From Paraphysomonas bandaiensis (lineage: Eukaryota; Protista; Chrysophyceae): a stretch of DNA of 64,000 nt. Shown here one piece after another: positions 12,129 through 24,602 of the stretch (position 1 is its first letter; the number at the start of each line of letters is the position of its first letter). The stretch lies in the NCBI GenBank assembly GCA_965644295.1, contig CBFFRP010000064.1:62001-126000 (forward strand), in the 5' to 3' direction. The notes below the pieces were generated by a model. It had not been told where the DNA came from. It searched no databases and saw nothing but the letters and a program-made list of their open reading frames with translations. A program made the translations under genes and the position numbers.

Positions 12129-13702
12129 TCACATAATAGTACATGCCTTTTTAGCATTAGTCTCGAGAAACTCGGTGGGTAAAAAGTTTCTTGCATGACA
12201 CGATTCGTTGAGAAATTGGTTGTAAAATTCCGAGTACCGAGATGTTTGTGGGTGATTATTAAAGTAGTAGGCGTATTCCGACTCACAGTGCGTGCGACCC
12301 ATCAACTCGTCTGAAATACATCAATTAATACAATTCAGATCACAGATAATAAATACATGACAACATGAAGAGATTACTGTACCTAAGGTGAACTTCGAAA
12401 ACGGAAGATCATCGTCAATGGCATCCATATCATTGGGATTAACAGCGGCTGCCAGGTTGCTGACAACCCACATACCTCGCGTGTACGGGAATGCACGGCC
12501 CTGCCTTCGGATGACCTCTGAAAGCTCATCAAAAAAGTCGTCGATTTCAGCTGTATATGGAGCACGCTTTTCGATCTAATAATATAATGGATCAGCCGAA
12601 TTACCACACAAATCTGATTTACGGCACATCGAATCACGGAGTGAGGTTGTTTTTTATATTCACAAAGATACGAATGACAAACCATTTCACACAAAATCAG
12701 AGCAAAACACACCATTTCAATATGTTTACATCACCTCTTTCATCCATGCGCACAGTTTGTCGTCATTAGAACAAGACAAAAATGTCAATGGATTCTTTTC
12801 CGGATTCTTTCTGTCGCACACAAGCTGTTCGACTTGAGAGATAGAGGAATCACTCGGCACCCCATCAGTCAGCAGATAGTGAGCTGTTGGGTCTTCAAAA
12901 GACTCGGAGTCTTCAAACGCGCGCTGCAATACATGTAGTGTGGGGGTCTTCCCTAAACCCGAAGATAAAACTGTCCCAGTCAAAAGCGATGGAGCTGATT
13001 CACTCTCACTAATGACGATGGAAGCAAAAGTTTCAGAAATAATGCTATGTGCAAGCTGCTGAAATGCGGACGGTGTATGCCCCTTCTGTGCTAGGTTTAT
13101 GATATGTGGAGAATTCATAAAGGAAATTTGTATATTCTTCGTAGGAATAAAAGCCAATAAATCCGCCATAAGATGCAGCCTATCCTCGGCTTCCTCCCAC
13201 CGGGACATGTACATCGCCATCTCATTGCGCCGCTTTCTGCTACTCACATACTCTGTAGCATATCCATATGTCCTGCACAACAGATAATAGTTATAGAATA
13301 AAACATCAGTATGTATAAATCTTACACATCAGATCGTTGAGACATTGAACCACTATCATCCACAATGATATTAATACGATAATTCTTTAATACTAATAGC
13401 TTTACCAGAAGACCGAGCGGTATATTATACTTAGCAAAATACAGAGACATCTCTTCAAAGAGATCAACAGACCCTTCAATATCAAACATAGCAGCATAGT
13501 CCTCACTCCGCATGGCTTCAATAGCAGATATTGTACCCTCTGGAACTGATACACTTGATCCAACAGCTTCAGTTTGAGTGATCGATGCAGCCTCAACGTC
13601 TTCTAAGCTAGACACTATCGCTAGCTGCTTCTCTGACACCATTGTGGTTAAATCAGGGCGCAGGGTCATTACCCCCTCTGAAAACACATATTTTCCTGAC
13701 AT
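12129..13702 (-). CDS. vWA-domain protein with C-terminal CaaX motif, 4 exons
   Basis: MIDAS motifs IIVDDSGSM, T in KTPT, YLLTDGVP; spliced last exon ends ETNAKKACTIM*. Confidence 0.8.
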
Positions 13703-14200
13703 GATAGCAGTTATTACTTATAAAATAAGTATATTTCTATGAGTTTATTGCATATAGATTCGAGTTATATATGATGGATGCTAAACACTGCAAACACGTA
13801 GAGCGATATATCTAAAAGTTCTGCAACAAAGACTCATGGTCCCTAAAAAAACCTCATATTTTTTGTTTATTTGACGAAAAACCTTGTATTAGTTGTATGA
13901 AAAGCCAGTTTATTAACTGTGTTGCTATAATTCATGTCCTCTGTGTTGTTATTATGGCATTCTCTGCAATAGTTTGGGTTTTTCGTTTTTCATTTGCTAA
14001 AATTTTTGTCAAGTTTTAGTTAAATAAATATCTGGTTTTCATGCCGAATTCTATACTTATTGCACAATAAAATTCACAGTTGGAGTTTAAACAAAAAACA
14101 TCAACTAGACGAGATCCTCCTGGAGAAAACTAGTAGAGTATCCATATATGGATATCGCACAGTGACAACAATCATACAACCATCCACTCTATACACTAGT

Positions 14201-15013
14201 ATGTCTCATCCTTTAGATGCAACATGTTCACATGATTGGAGAGCTGAAGCAAGAGCAAATGAGGAAAAAGAAAGAAGAGCACGTGAAGCAGCATTCAATA
14301 ATTCCAATAGTCTTTCTACTCCTCTCACATCCTCCAGCTCAACTCCTCATAAATTCACTGTAGATGGTGCTAAAGCAACTGCTATTGGTTTAGTATTTTT
14401 TGATTTCTTATTAATGATATTTATAAGTGTATCGTACAATAAGTCTTATACTCATCTATGGGGAAGAGGTTGTGATAATCCGGACAATAATTATGCTCTC
14501 TTTACCGGAGATGAATTTGAGTACTACATGCAACCTTTCAATGGTGTATGTGAGGAAAAATCTACTCTATCTCATGGAGATTGTATCTCATGGTCAGATG
14601 ACGAATTTTGGTCTGATTTTAGTGACCGATCCAAGAAACTTGCTCACTATGCTGATGAAAACAATGAAAATTTGTTCCTTGCAGCTCTCATATTGGGGTG
14701 CATGGCTTCTTTTTGCCATGTTGCCCTGTTGCTTGGTAAAGATAGTATTGTTCCATGCTGTGCATTGAGTTCTTACTTTTTTGGGATTGTTTTTTACATT
14801 TGCTGTATAATTAGTTATTCACTACTTCGAAAATGCACAGATCCCAAACAACCGATCGCTGATGACCATCACTGGGAAGATTTTTATGGATGTGATTATG
14901 TGGTATCAGATAGAATGGAAGGATTCCGTTTATCTTCGGCTATTATAGCCTTTGGAGTCCTCGGGTTTCTGTATACTTTTTTGTTTTCGGCCATTAATTT
15001 AATTCCTCATTAA
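14201..15013 (+). CDS. Four-pass membrane protein, Cys-rich first loop (claudin-like topology)
   Basis: First ATG in ORF at 14201; four hydrophobic segments; Cys/Trp-containing loop between TM1 and TM2. Confidence 0.6.
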   Translation: MSHPLDATCSHDWRAEARANEEKERRAREAAFNNSNSLSTPLTSSSSTPHKFTVDGAKATAIGLVFFDFLLMIFISVSYNKSYTHLWGRGCDNPDNNYALFTGDEFEYYMQPFNGVCEEKSTLSHGDCISWSDDEFWSDFSDRSKKLAHYADENNENLFLAALILGCMASFCHVALLLGKDSIVPCCALSSYFFGIVFYICCIISYSLLRKCTDPKQPIADDHHWEDFYGCDYVVSDRMEGFRLSSAIIAFGVLGFLYTFLFSAINLIPH

Positions 15014-15844
15014 TGTGACAGCTGTGTCATATATTACTCCACTGTGTTGCTTGGAATGATTGATATGGCTGATAGGAAAGAATACTGCTTTCTAATATTT
15101 CCATTTCTCTATGATTTATAATGTTTCAGTTGATATAATATATATTATCACAACACCTGGTGATACTGTCATGTATAGATAGTGTTGAAGTAATGTTATA
15201 GTACGATAATAAAAGATTTGATGATGACGACGAATTTGATTGTCATGTGATTGCTATGGATCATCACTTTCTTATTACTGATTATATGAATACTTGTCCT
15301 CAATGACTATTAGTCAGAAGTTAACAATTACTTCTATATTTGATCTTAGCGTTCGTGAAGTACTACGCGAATATTCTCTATAGCTCCTGTGATGCACTGG
15401 GAGTTATTACCTGTTCTTTGTGATACACTGCGGAACAGTTTAAACTACGATATCGGTTATGTTAACTGTTGATATAATACTGATAGTTTGACTGCTTTGC
15501 TAACAAATTACTGTAATTAACACTGAACACTGTTTCTGCTCAAAATTATGATTATTACATTCTTACACCTCTCTCACAACAATCATTCGTTACAAGTACG
15601 ATGCATCCACATTGTATCTTGTATTTTGTACAGAAGTTATAGTTTCAATTACTCACAAGACATTTCACTCATCATCATCAATAATATAACGTGCCTCCCA
15701 AGGGAGCCTGAACATCTGCGTAAAAAATTGGCGCCCACAGTCTTCTCAAACGTTTTACTGCAGGTGCAGGCCTATCCTTGATCAGTTGCTTTGAAGTCTT
15801 TACCACTTCATTGATATTTCTTTGCGATGCTTCTTGAGGATTGG

Positions 15845-15970
15845 TTCACACAAGGCTTTGTATAGATATCTGCTGACTGATCCTCTGCTTTGCGTGAACC
15901 AATCGAGCTGTGTTGAAACGTTGAAACCATCTTGATCTACATGCCATTTAATTTAGAAATGTTTTGATCT
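15845..15970 (-). mobile_element. Degenerate Ty1/Copia RNase H remnant
   Basis: Minus strand reads RSKHF*IKWH and AEDQSADIYTKP, matching Copia RSKHIDIxxH and DQxADIxTKxL motifs. Confidence 0.65.
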
Positions 15971-16704
15971 CTTATAGAATTCTGATCTCTGCCAGATCTT
16001 GAGCGCTATCCAGAGCTAGATTTCCAGCGACTCGCTAGATATGGTAGATAAGAAACTTCTAAGTGTATATTACACCCCCAATGGTAAAGTGAATGGCGGA
16101 TGTAGCCGCTGCACGGCTGCTGCAGAGAAGTCCCTGACACTGGTTCAGAGGCACCTTTTCAATGATGTATCACCTGTAACTGTGCATGTGATTGCTACTT
16201 ATCTGTGACATTTTGGAGCATGCATCCACCCAGTTGCTATTACCCCCCAGTACCTTTCTGTGGTAGGAGTACATCTGTTGTAGTCATTATTGAAATAATT
16301 AATTTGTTGAGGCTATATATTGTCATCTTATACACAGTAAAGTACGAATAATCCCTTAATGCATCCTCAATATAGTATCACTGTCACTGTGTTAAGTTGT
16401 GTTGCCCTCTTACATAATGTTAGTTTTCCATTTGTGATATGGGTACATTTGTTGTAGCTATTATTGAAATAGTCAATGTGTAAAAACAGTATTGTTGGGA
16501 AATTTTCAAATTCATTAAACACTGGCTATCGATACACTATACTCTCTAGCTAGCAGCTACACTCTAACTAAACAACTAAACCACTTACTTCCTACTCTCG
16601 TTCACAATTACATTTCCAAATGATGCCCTTTAATGCTACTAATACCTAAATAGATATTGTGACGCTCCCTTAATTACTACAGTAATAAAAGTTATATAAT
16701 ATAT

Positions 16705-17264
16705 CAGGGTTGCGTAACAATTAATTGAATCGCAATTATATTGCATGGGATGTATGTAATAATTGTAATTATAATTGCTCGCTGGAAGGTTGCAATTATT
16801 TGGCAATTATTAACTATATAGTATAAGCACATAATACTAGAATTAAAATTTGAAAACATTAAGAGCGATGGTCATTTATTGCCCTTAATGGTTATAATTA
16901 ATTGCTATTACAATGGTGGGAAGGTTGTCCTCTCACAATAAGAGAGGTAGTTCTTTGAACTGTCGATTATGTATCTTTCTTCTTGACTTTGACCTACAAA
17001 ACTTAGTTGAGCTGGATCCATAGTGTATATGTAATGGTCAATACCCTTCTAATTTGAAGATATATATCAACATGAGTGATCTGCGCAAATCTATGTCACC
17101 TCATCGATTAGAGGCCCTTATGATCTTGCGCTTTAATAGATTTCTGTGGACTGCAAGTACGGTTGAAGATGCTATACGTGATTGTAATGAGTAACTAAGT
17201 TAATTAGACAATAATTGGTAGAATTAAATAGCAATTAATTGCAATTAATTGTTACGCAGCCTTA
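16705..17264 (+). mobile_element. Internally deleted hAT transposon with TIRs, 8-bp TSD and transposase C-terminal remnant
   Basis: TIRs cagggttgcgtaacaattaatt / aattaattgttacgcagcctta; TSD TAATATAT on both sides; 17072-17194 encodes MSDLRKSMSPHRLEALMILRFNRFLW (hAT dimerisation domain). Confidence 0.9.
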
Positions 17265-18288
17265 TAATATATAACAGACTACGAATCATCATCAGTTTTC
17301 TTGCCCTCCACTGACATATCAGGATCTTCTTGCATGGCTTCATATGACAGTGTGTTGATGGAGTGTGAATAATATGATCATATGACAGTCGCTATTACCG
17401 TTCTATTTGTTGCATTGTGAGCTATTATCACTTTATCAGAACATATATATATGTCGTACCTCTCGTACACAAAACAATGAATTTGTTGATTACAAACATT
17501 ACGATATCAAGTACCAGTAAATGTCATTCATGGGTGCCCAGTTCCCGTAAATTATAATGGCATTACCATTCATGGTTACCAGGCCCTGGTATAATCAGTA
17601 TAACATATGCCACCACTCCACGGTATCTCACTGCTCTGTAACGGTGCTTCTCTCTCCCAAGCTGGCCACTACGTAAGTCATTCACAACATCCACACGCAA
17701 CTTACAAATCATATCACCAATTTGAGATGCGGTCATTGGAATGGCATCATACAGAAACATGAGGTGGTTTACTCGTTGCAATCATACCGGATTCTTCATT
17801 CCTTAATATTCCAGTACAAACTTTTAGCTGCAACTCATCCACTATTCCACTTGTTTATACGCAGAGAAGAAGAAGCGGATGATTCGCTGGTATATTATTC
17901 ATGAATCAGTTCTAATGGAACACAAATGATGCAAGTAGGTACGATGTGTACTCTAAATGAATAAGTTCCCACTGCTTCACAGTTAAAGGAGGTCCTCATG
18001 CTTATTAAAACGTGAAGGTAAGTCTTCAACGGTAAGGTCACGTTGACTTATACCAGTAGCCGCTCTTCCAACACTCTCATTGGCAACAGTTTCCGATGTA
18101 TAGCTTCCTTGTGTCCTGAGCAAGCTGCATTATCTTGCAAAAACATTCTGAAACACGTGAATCTTGTCGCTTGTGTCACTCTCATTGTCGGGTTAGCTGT
18201 TCATTGTACGTAAGAATAAGAAGTTCAGTTCTTAAAGCGAAGGAACTATACATACATACACGGTAATCTAAGCAGTAGTATATACAGA

Positions 18289-18440
18289 CGTATCAGCATC
18301 CTTTGTGTATTTTTTTTCAAAGATGCCTCCAATATTGAGACAACAATTATGTGTATTCCAGCCGTAATTGTATCTCAGTAATGTAGATTAATTTTTGCCT
18401 CAATACATTTCCGAAAAATAAGATGCTGACTGCCGATACG
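18289..18440 (+). mobile_element. ~150 bp structured MITE-like element, copy 2 (most complete)
   Basis: Termini CGTATCAGCA / TGCCGATACG form an inverted repeat; conserved core. Confidence 0.9.
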
Positions 18441-18808
18441 GATATGTAGACGTCAAAAAAATGCTGGATTTCATAATTCACTGGAAGCAAAAAAAATCGT
18501 ACAAACGCAGAAAAGCAAAATATGCTCATTTGATGGAAAAAATCCAGTGAATTTTTGAGTCGTAATAAGATGGATTTTTGAGAAGTGCTGGATTTTTGAA
18601 CATACAGTACATGTATATGCGTTAAATACACGTCTCATTATAAAGCGCCATTTTATCTAGATATAAAAAATATCGAGTTTTCCTATAGTCCATACGATCG
18701 TATACACATCACATACCTACACATCACACTGAGCAGGAGAGTCTATCCACATATACATATACATATATATATATACACATATATCACTAGAGCTAAACAA
18801 ATCTCCCA

Positions 18809-19732
18809 ATGGAACACATCCCATACACTGACCTTCACATTCATCTCGGTGGCTCCTGGCCTCTATCATACCTCCAATCCATCGCTCCCACTGAAGATAT
18901 CCAGAACTTACAGTCGTTTCTATCAGACATGGACAACAAGACATGCACTGATTATCACATCTGCTTTCAAGCATTTTCATTAGTAAATAAGATCATGAAT
19001 AGTAATGAGAAGATAGAAGAGGGGACTGTTGCACTGTGTCAGGATATGGCCAATCAAGGTGTAACATATGCAGAGATACGTACAGGATTAAAAGACTTTG
19101 GCGATGGATGGGAATCATATCTTCAAGCGGTATTGAGAGGGATCACACGAGGATGTCAAGGGACGAACTTAAGAGCGACTGTTATATTAAGTTTGAAACG
19201 GAATTCTTCTTTGCAATTAGCTCAAGAGACATTACGTCTTATTAAGAAGTATCGACCTGATGTTGTGGGGCTGGATATATCCGATGATGCGTTACTAGGA
19301 GATGGAAGCAGCATAATAAGTATAATGCCAGAGGTACAGGAGGAAGGTATTCCTGTTGCACTTCACCTAGGAGAGTGTGCGGAAGAGACGGAAGAACAAC
19401 AAATGAACGAGCTTGAGAAACTGAACCCGTCAAGAATTGGTCACGGGGTGTTCTTGTGCGAAAAGGCTAAGGAGTGGATATATAGTCGACGGTTACCAAT
19501 AGAAATGTGCCTTAGCAGCGCAGTGAAAGCACATATGATAAATGAGGCGGCGGAACATCCGGCTCTCAAACTGTTGCGTGAGGGTTATCCCGTCGCAGTG
19601 TGCACAGATGACCCATTGATATTTAAAACTTCCCATAGACAAGAAAATGAATTAGCTATGGGTCTGTTGGGATTTACCATCGACCAAATGAAAGACGTTC
19701 ACGAAAAGTCTCTTCAATACAAGTTCTCTTGA
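18809..19732 (+). CDS. Adenosine deaminase-like protein (ADA/ADAL family); intronless
   Basis: DLHIHLGGS, YAEIRT, LHLGE, RIGHG and CTDDP metal-binding and catalytic motifs. Confidence 0.9.
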   Translation: MEHIPYTDLHIHLGGSWPLSYLQSIAPTEDIQNLQSFLSDMDNKTCTDYHICFQAFSLVNKIMNSNEKIEEGTVALCQDMANQGVTYAEIRTGLKDFGDGWESYLQAVLRGITRGCQGTNLRATVILSLKRNSSLQLAQETLRLIKKYRPDVVGLDISDDALLGDGSSIISIMPEVQEEGIPVALHLGECAEETEEQQMNELEKLNPSRIGHGVFLCEKAKEWIYSRRLPIEMCLSSAVKAHMINEAAEHPALKLLREGYPVAVCTDDPLIFKTSHRQENELAMGLLGFTIDQMKDVHEKSLQYKFS

Positions 19733-20163
19733 GTAGGTGTACGGTGTAGAGGTAGTTTTCCTGATATGAAGACTGCATTAATATATTAATATATACTAAT
19801 GACTTCGAAATATATGGCTATTTATTATACTTTGTTGACGAACGGAGATAATTAATTGCGCTGCATCTGTAGAAACATGCATCATCGATTAAGTGAAGCG
19901 AAATTGCTTCTTGGTATCAACTTAATAGCCTTGAAAGGTACAATGACGTGTATATTGTAATGTGACAAGTGAATAGACTGTACACTTCAGATTAAGATTA
20001 ATACCTAGATACCTACTTGTATTAGGAATCAGCGACCATGTACTTGCTGCTTGTTGGTCGTAAACTTTAATACCATATCACCATATGAATGCCTTCAAAC
20101 TTATTTACAAGGAATAACCGGAAACAGACGAGACAAATATAACAAACCAAAACAACAGCATCA

Positions 20164-22539
20164 CTAATCAAAATCATAATCATCAGCATAATCATCATTA
20201 TCATCGTCAAACGCGGTCTCTCCAATTTCATCTAAGAGCTCCAATACAGCATCAGTACTTGTATCAACTTGGGAATTCCCGACCGCCTTTAGAGTTTCTT
20301 CGGAATCAGCTGTTGCATCGCCCTTCGGTACTGAAGCGTTAGTTAACAATACTGATCCCTGAGCTAAATCCATGTTTCCTTCGTCTTCAACATCTTCAAA
20401 ATCGTAGATATCACCGTCGTCATCCACTGGATCAGATACCATTGGTGGCTGAGTGGTAGGCTCCTTGCTAATAGGAGAGGATCCTAGAGACTGTTTTTGT
20501 TCGTGCGCAACACCATTATCACAGTCGCCCATGTTATTATTTTCCCGAACAGGTTTTTCGGTATCCTCAAACTCGTAACTCTCAAACTCATAATCATCCC
20601 CGTAGCTGATCTCCTGTTCGTCCTTGATCTCTACACTACCAGCCAACCCCATAGCGTCATTATTATTCACACTTGCTACTGGTTTATCGGTAGGGTCTGA
20701 AACATCAACTTCAGCTGTGTTACCTACTTCTGATAAATGTGTGCTGCAATCAACTACAGGCAGACTACTGTGAACGGGATCCGCAATATATTCTCCAATA
20801 TGGTTAGGTTCAGGTCTGTCATGTACCTCCTTATCATGCGTACTGGTAGTTACATTCACTAAATCTGCAGTATTATTCACGACATCCTCTACAGCGGTGT
20901 GTGCAACTCCATGTGCAGTGGCTTCTACATTCGTAACTCGAGCACTCGAAGGGCCATCACCCGTGACAACTTCTGATGAAGGAGTAATGGAAGGTCCTTC
21001 ATCAGCCTCCACATCGCTCACAAATGATTCGTCTAAATAATTTACTTCATCCACGCTTTCGTTCATTTTGCTAATGGACACAGGGGGAGATGACACGTGA
21101 TCCTTAGACGATACCAGACCATTATCTGGATTTAACAACTGCTGATTGTTAGTATTTAATCCATTCACTGTTGAATCAACGGTAACGACTGGTTCATGAG
21201 ATTCACTGTCAGTCTTCTCTAACGGCACATTTTCTACACTAGGCGGTACGATTTGATCAGAAGATTCGGGGGATATTGGTGTTTTACTCGAGACAGGAGT
21301 ATTATCCTTCAAAGCACGGCGCTGGAACGATTCGGAGCGGTTACCTAACGGTGAGGTAGGCTCAAAACTTTTCACAGATTCCTCATTTGGAGACGTCGTA
21401 GGGGGGTTCATTGCACTAGCTTTCCGGCTATCTTCAAAGGATAGGCTATCCACCCTAGTTGACATGCTCTCTTTGTTGTCACCAGCCATACCCAACACAT
21501 CGACATCCACATCAGTAGATGGACCTTTCCTTCCTTGATTTGTTGAAGCGTGATTTTCTGGTGGAGGACTGGCACCACCCGGGCTGTTCTGAATTTCAGT
21601 TGGCACAGGAAGAGAATCTACAACATCATCGACAACACTATCCTCGTCGAAGTCATCGCCATAATCATCATCCCCTTTAGGTTTCGACATCACCTCTGTG
21701 GGTATCGCTTCTACGGAAGCTGATTCAGTTCGACACTCTGTACTTACTGCACTATCCTTGGGTGCCATATTAGCGGTACTTGCCTCGGTCTTCCTAGATT
21801 TGATAGGTTGTTTCGGAGAGTCTGAGTCCTTCTCCATTTTCTCTTTGACACCTTGAATCAAGTCGTTAGCTGCCTTTGAAGCGTTACGTGCATTGACACT
21901 TTTTTGACTTGTATCCTCTGTAGTACTCCGTGTATTTCTCTTGGACAGTTTATGCTTAATAGATGACACTTCATTGGAGTGATTCGTTGGAACCTTGTCA
22001 TCTTTATGAACTGCCACCTCAGATTGCTTTTTACTAACAGTTGTACGCGGTTGGGATTTAGGGGCAGAAGGGGTGATGTTAGTCCCATTCTGTTTACTGG
22101 GTCCAGGTCTACTGACTCGGGGTTTGTTAGGCTGAGGATTGGGACGAACAGGCTTTGTGGGTTGGTTAGCTCGTCCATTTAGAGATGCTTTGGTTGGCTG
22201 CGTGAGATCACGTCTTTTCTTTGGAGGAGGTGTGCCCTTCCGTCCAGCCACAGGCTTCATGGGCGTATCGTTCAAATAATCTGGTATATCAATGACAATT
22301 TTGCTCTTTCCTGGCTCCTTGATAGCATCAACTTGATCAGAAATACCATCATGAGTCTCTTCATCTTTGGCAACTGTCTCGTCAATGACTACTTTCTTCT
22401 TCTTCTTCTTAGGCTTAGGTGGAGCAGGAGTAAGAACTTCATCTAAAGGTTCTGCAGTTGGTTGTGAGTCGCCCCTAGCACTTTTAACAACGGGCTTCAG
22501 TTTGCGTGCTGCATAGCCATTTCCCCGAATGGGAGACAT
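20164..22539 (-). CDS. Long low-complexity disordered protein (basic N-half, acidic C-half); may be the last exon of the upstream gene
   Basis: ~790 codon open frame; K/P-rich then D/E/S-rich. Confidence 0.7.
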   Translation of the reverse strand: MSPIRGNGYAARKLKPVVKSARGDSQPTAEPLDEVLTPAPPKPKKKKKKVVIDETVAKDEETHDGISDQVDAIKEPGKSKIVIDIPDYLNDTPMKPVAGRKGTPPPKKRRDLTQPTKASLNGRANQPTKPVRPNPQPNKPRVSRPGPSKQNGTNITPSAPKSQPRTTVSKKQSEVAVHKDDKVPTNHSNEVSSIKHKLSKRNTRSTTEDTSQKSVNARNASKAANDLIQGVKEKMEKDSDSPKQPIKSRKTEASTANMAPKDSAVSTECRTESASVEAIPTEVMSKPKGDDDYGDDFDEDSVVDDVVDSLPVPTEIQNSPGGASPPPENHASTNQGRKGPSTDVDVDVLGMAGDNKESMSTRVDSLSFEDSRKASAMNPPTTSPNEESVKSFEPTSPLGNRSESFQRRALKDNTPVSSKTPISPESSDQIVPPSVENVPLEKTDSESHEPVVTVDSTVNGLNTNNQQLLNPDNGLVSSKDHVSSPPVSISKMNESVDEVNYLDESFVSDVEADEGPSITPSSEVVTGDGPSSARVTNVEATAHGVAHTAVEDVVNNTADLVNVTTSTHDKEVHDRPEPNHIGEYIADPVHSSLPVVDCSTHLSEVGNTAEVDVSDPTDKPVASVNNNDAMGLAGSVEIKDEQEISYGDDYEFESYEFEDTEKPVRENNNMGDCDNGVAHEQKQSLGSSPISKEPTTQPPMVSDPVDDDGDIYDFEDVEDEGNMDLAQGSVLLTNASVPKGDATADSEETLKAVGNSQVDTSTDAVLELLDEIGETAFDDDNDDYADDYDFD

Positions 22540-22704
22540 GTTGTTCGGCTGCGATTCGTGACAGTGTGAGGTCATTAATACTACTGTACAAGAGTATATA
22601 CACATACATAAACATATACATATGAAACAGTTTTAGTTGGTAGTATCACAGCTATGGCACCATGGCTTTAACTCATAAATACATGTACTTCTTCCAATAT
22701 CGCA

Positions 22705-24307
22705 TTATACCTTAGTCTTGCTAGAGTCATCTGCTGTTAGCGATCGCTCCTTTATCTTCTCCTCTCTAATGCAGCAAGTAATGTAGACTAGTTAGAATGA
22801 TACATACATATACAAAAGGGTAATACCTGGCGCTGTCATCATCTCTTCTCTCACTCAGAGTAGTCAGTAGAGCCCTTCTTGGCGTTTCAATATGGAACAA
22901 GTCGCGACCTGCGATACTAACAGTTTCTTGCGACATGTCCACAACCACACCCCCACCGATATCATACTTATGCCTTTTGAGCCGTTGTCGTGCTCTCTCT
23001 ACCTATAGAAAATATCTTTGTTAAACCCACTCCATATATATGAAACACTGTAGGACCACGATAACGACATAAGTAGTTGATTCTACCTCTGCGAGTTCCG
23101 CATTCTTCTTCATAAGTCGACGTATCTCGTAATTTTCTAGTTTTGATTGCCTATTATTGACAACTCCATCAGCAATCTGAAAGCTATCGTATGTACGTCT
23201 CTACTTTACCTCTCGGCTTCAATATCGACACCGAATAATCCAGACTTTGAATCATATTTGGTCATAAACTACATAAATTATCAGTACATCAAAAGGGTAG
23301 GCATTTAAGTTGAAAACATGGCGTTATATAAATAACAGAGCGTCATGTATAAAAGAGTGGTACCTGCATTTTTTCGGTAGGTTTCGGAAGCTTTGGTTGT
23401 CTGCGTTCTGTAATCTCATCCAACAACATGTCTTCCTGAGCTTTCAAAATCTTCCGATGTTTTTCCTATTCATGCAATCATTGAGGTGGTAAAGACATAC
23501 TACTAAATTTCTCGCAAGTTTTAGACACATTTCAATTGTATATACTTACCGATATATGTATACATACAAGATGCATGTATACATATATTCGAATAAGATC
23601 ATACATATATACATATATATATACATATATAGCCCGCACCCTGCTATACATACCTTAGCTTTCGCCAGCTCATCCTCACGTCTTTTCTTAAGATTAACCT
23701 TTCTTCTTCTCGGCTTACGGTGAGAATCAATACTTCCCTCATCATTTGGAGGGTTATCTCTACGCTCCGCCTTCGGTTTAATGCGTTGTAGATTCAGACG
23801 CGGCATTTTCTCATCTCCACGTTTTAAATGATTATCTGATGCTGCTTTCTTACCCCTTACTTTACCTTTCGAAGGAGGTTTACGGCCAATACCTGGCAAA
23901 TGAGCCTTATCATCTACTTGGCTCTTTACTGGAGGGGATGCTGGTAGAGGGAATATATCTGAGCCCGCATCAGGCACAATCTTCCCATTACTCTTTAATA
24001 CATCAGCAAAAGTATCTTGAGGGGCTCCTTCACCTTCCGTAAAGAAGTCAAGAAAATTATCATCAATTTCTGAAGTCTTTTCTTTTCCTGTCGCTGATTG
24101 GTTTACAAGTGAAGTTTTATCTATATTTTCTTCGACTGTTTTTGCTATAGTTTTATCAATTGGTATATCTTTTTTTTTTAATTTTACATCTTCTTCAACT
24201 TCAGCTGCAATTCCATCATCAAAATCATCGAATTTCTCTTGAAAATATTCATAATCTTGAAGTTCATTGCTGGATTCTATTTCAGCAATATCTCCATCGT
24301 CACACAT
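22705..24307 (-). CDS. Hypothetical charged coiled-coil protein, multi-exon
   Basis: ORF 24307-23654 continues through GT-AG exons (EKHRKILKAQEDMLLDEITERR.., RQSKLENYEIRRLMKKN.., VERARQRLKRHK..) to SKTKV* at 22705. Confidence 0.6.
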
Positions 24308-24602
24308 ACCTTACTATAAAATAATATAATCAAATAGATATAAAATTCCAATGAGTCATTCAAATAAATGAGTGATGAAATACAGAGGAAGATACCTCTA
24401 ATAAAGGGGTATAAGTTGAATTGCAGTGTAAAGATGGCGAACAGTTTTATGTGGAGTAGATGATATACTATGACCTCAACGCGTTACAAACGAAGCATAA
24501 ATGTACTGTATACAGTGAATAAAATGCCCGGAAGAATATACACAATATATACAGTTGCAGAAGTGAACAAAAACACAAAAACGGTCACATAAAAGCAACA
24601 GC

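Noticed and set aside
17563-18210. Broken minus-strand ORF fragments
   Set aside because: Multiple stops and no recognisable domain
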